Below, piece by piece: positions 63,285-64,000 of a stretch of 64,000 bases of DNA. Under the pieces are notes generated by a model. It was not told the DNA's origin, made no database searches, and saw only the letters and a program-made list of their open reading frames with translations. Within the stretch, counting starts at the first letter, position 1, and each line of letters opens with the position of its first letter. Origin of the DNA: Phoronis australis (Eukaryota; Animalia; Phoronida); assembly GCA_002633005.1 (NCBI GenBank), contig NMRA01000051.1:561273-625272 (forward strand), written 5' to 3'. The translations under genes and the position numbers were made by a program.

Positions 63285-64000
63285 CTGCAAGGTTACGATA
63301 ACGTTTTACCCTACAAAGAAACACTAAGACGAGGAACCAGGGTCACGTAGCTTGGGGATCCGACAATGACCAGACACTGAGAGCACTTCCCGTTCAGTTA
63401 CATTAAGGTAAAACGATCGAGCGCGGGTTCGAAACCTCTGGAACTTTCAGGATAAACGCGCTGATATTCGTTTCCGGTAAAAATGAAACGCAGCTTACAG
63501 TCGTGTTTCTACCATGCAGGAATCGAAATCAGAAACACGTGCTTCAACCGAATGTGGATATCGAGCGAAAAAAGCTTTAAAGCTACAGGATCATCGCTGC
63601 GTCGGTTTATGAACACCGTAGGCTAGGTCAGTGGTTCCCGGACAGGTCAGTTTTTAACCTGGCACCTAATCTGGTTGGCTCAATGTACGAGTTCACTTAC
63701 TTCTTACTATCAGTCAGAAGTTCTCGATATATCAAACATCCACTTCGGGCTTATCCGTAACCCCCTCATATCTAGCGCATAAGTTTTATGCAACCGGCCG
63801 GGGCCCATGAATCGCAATAACTGCTCGGACAAACACACACATTGGAAACAGTCCTGGTACTGCGAATGTTTAACGTTTTTTTCAATGACAAAATCTACGT
63901 GAATTTAGCAACCAACATACAATATGCGAAAGTACCATAAACACGGCCGTCATGGACATTCAACAGTCTGCGATTATGAATGGCGCCAAGATTGATAACG

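Overview
AT-rich, intron-containing animal genomic DNA, most likely an invertebrate (possibly a deuterostome such as a hemichordate; this is inference). I assembled exons by hand from GT-AG boundaries and phase. The window holds six protein-coding genes: STX18 (minus, 3' end off-window) head-to-head with TM2D2 (plus); AP5S1 (minus) head-to-head with SEPSECS (plus); ZDHHC16 (minus, with a clear U12 minor intron); and the 3' half of a divergent CACHD1-like gene (minus). Between 45 and 55 kb lies a transposon-rich interval with a 495-N gap, TTAA-flanked elements, a LINE 3' end and a Penelope-like GIY-YIG remnant. The top observation is that the SEPSECS (selenocysteine synthase) stop is UGA-CAU, and the frame continues about 74 codons interrupted only by further UGAs, encoding a Cys/His-rich tail (U-H, then three C-H motifs). 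This is a candidate recoded or selenium-responsive C-terminal extension; I found no canonical SECIS by eye. Also notable are two tandem duplications that copy an exon end plus its splice donor, and a Helentron/HINE-like repeat family carrying co-oriented CTCF-like motifs.
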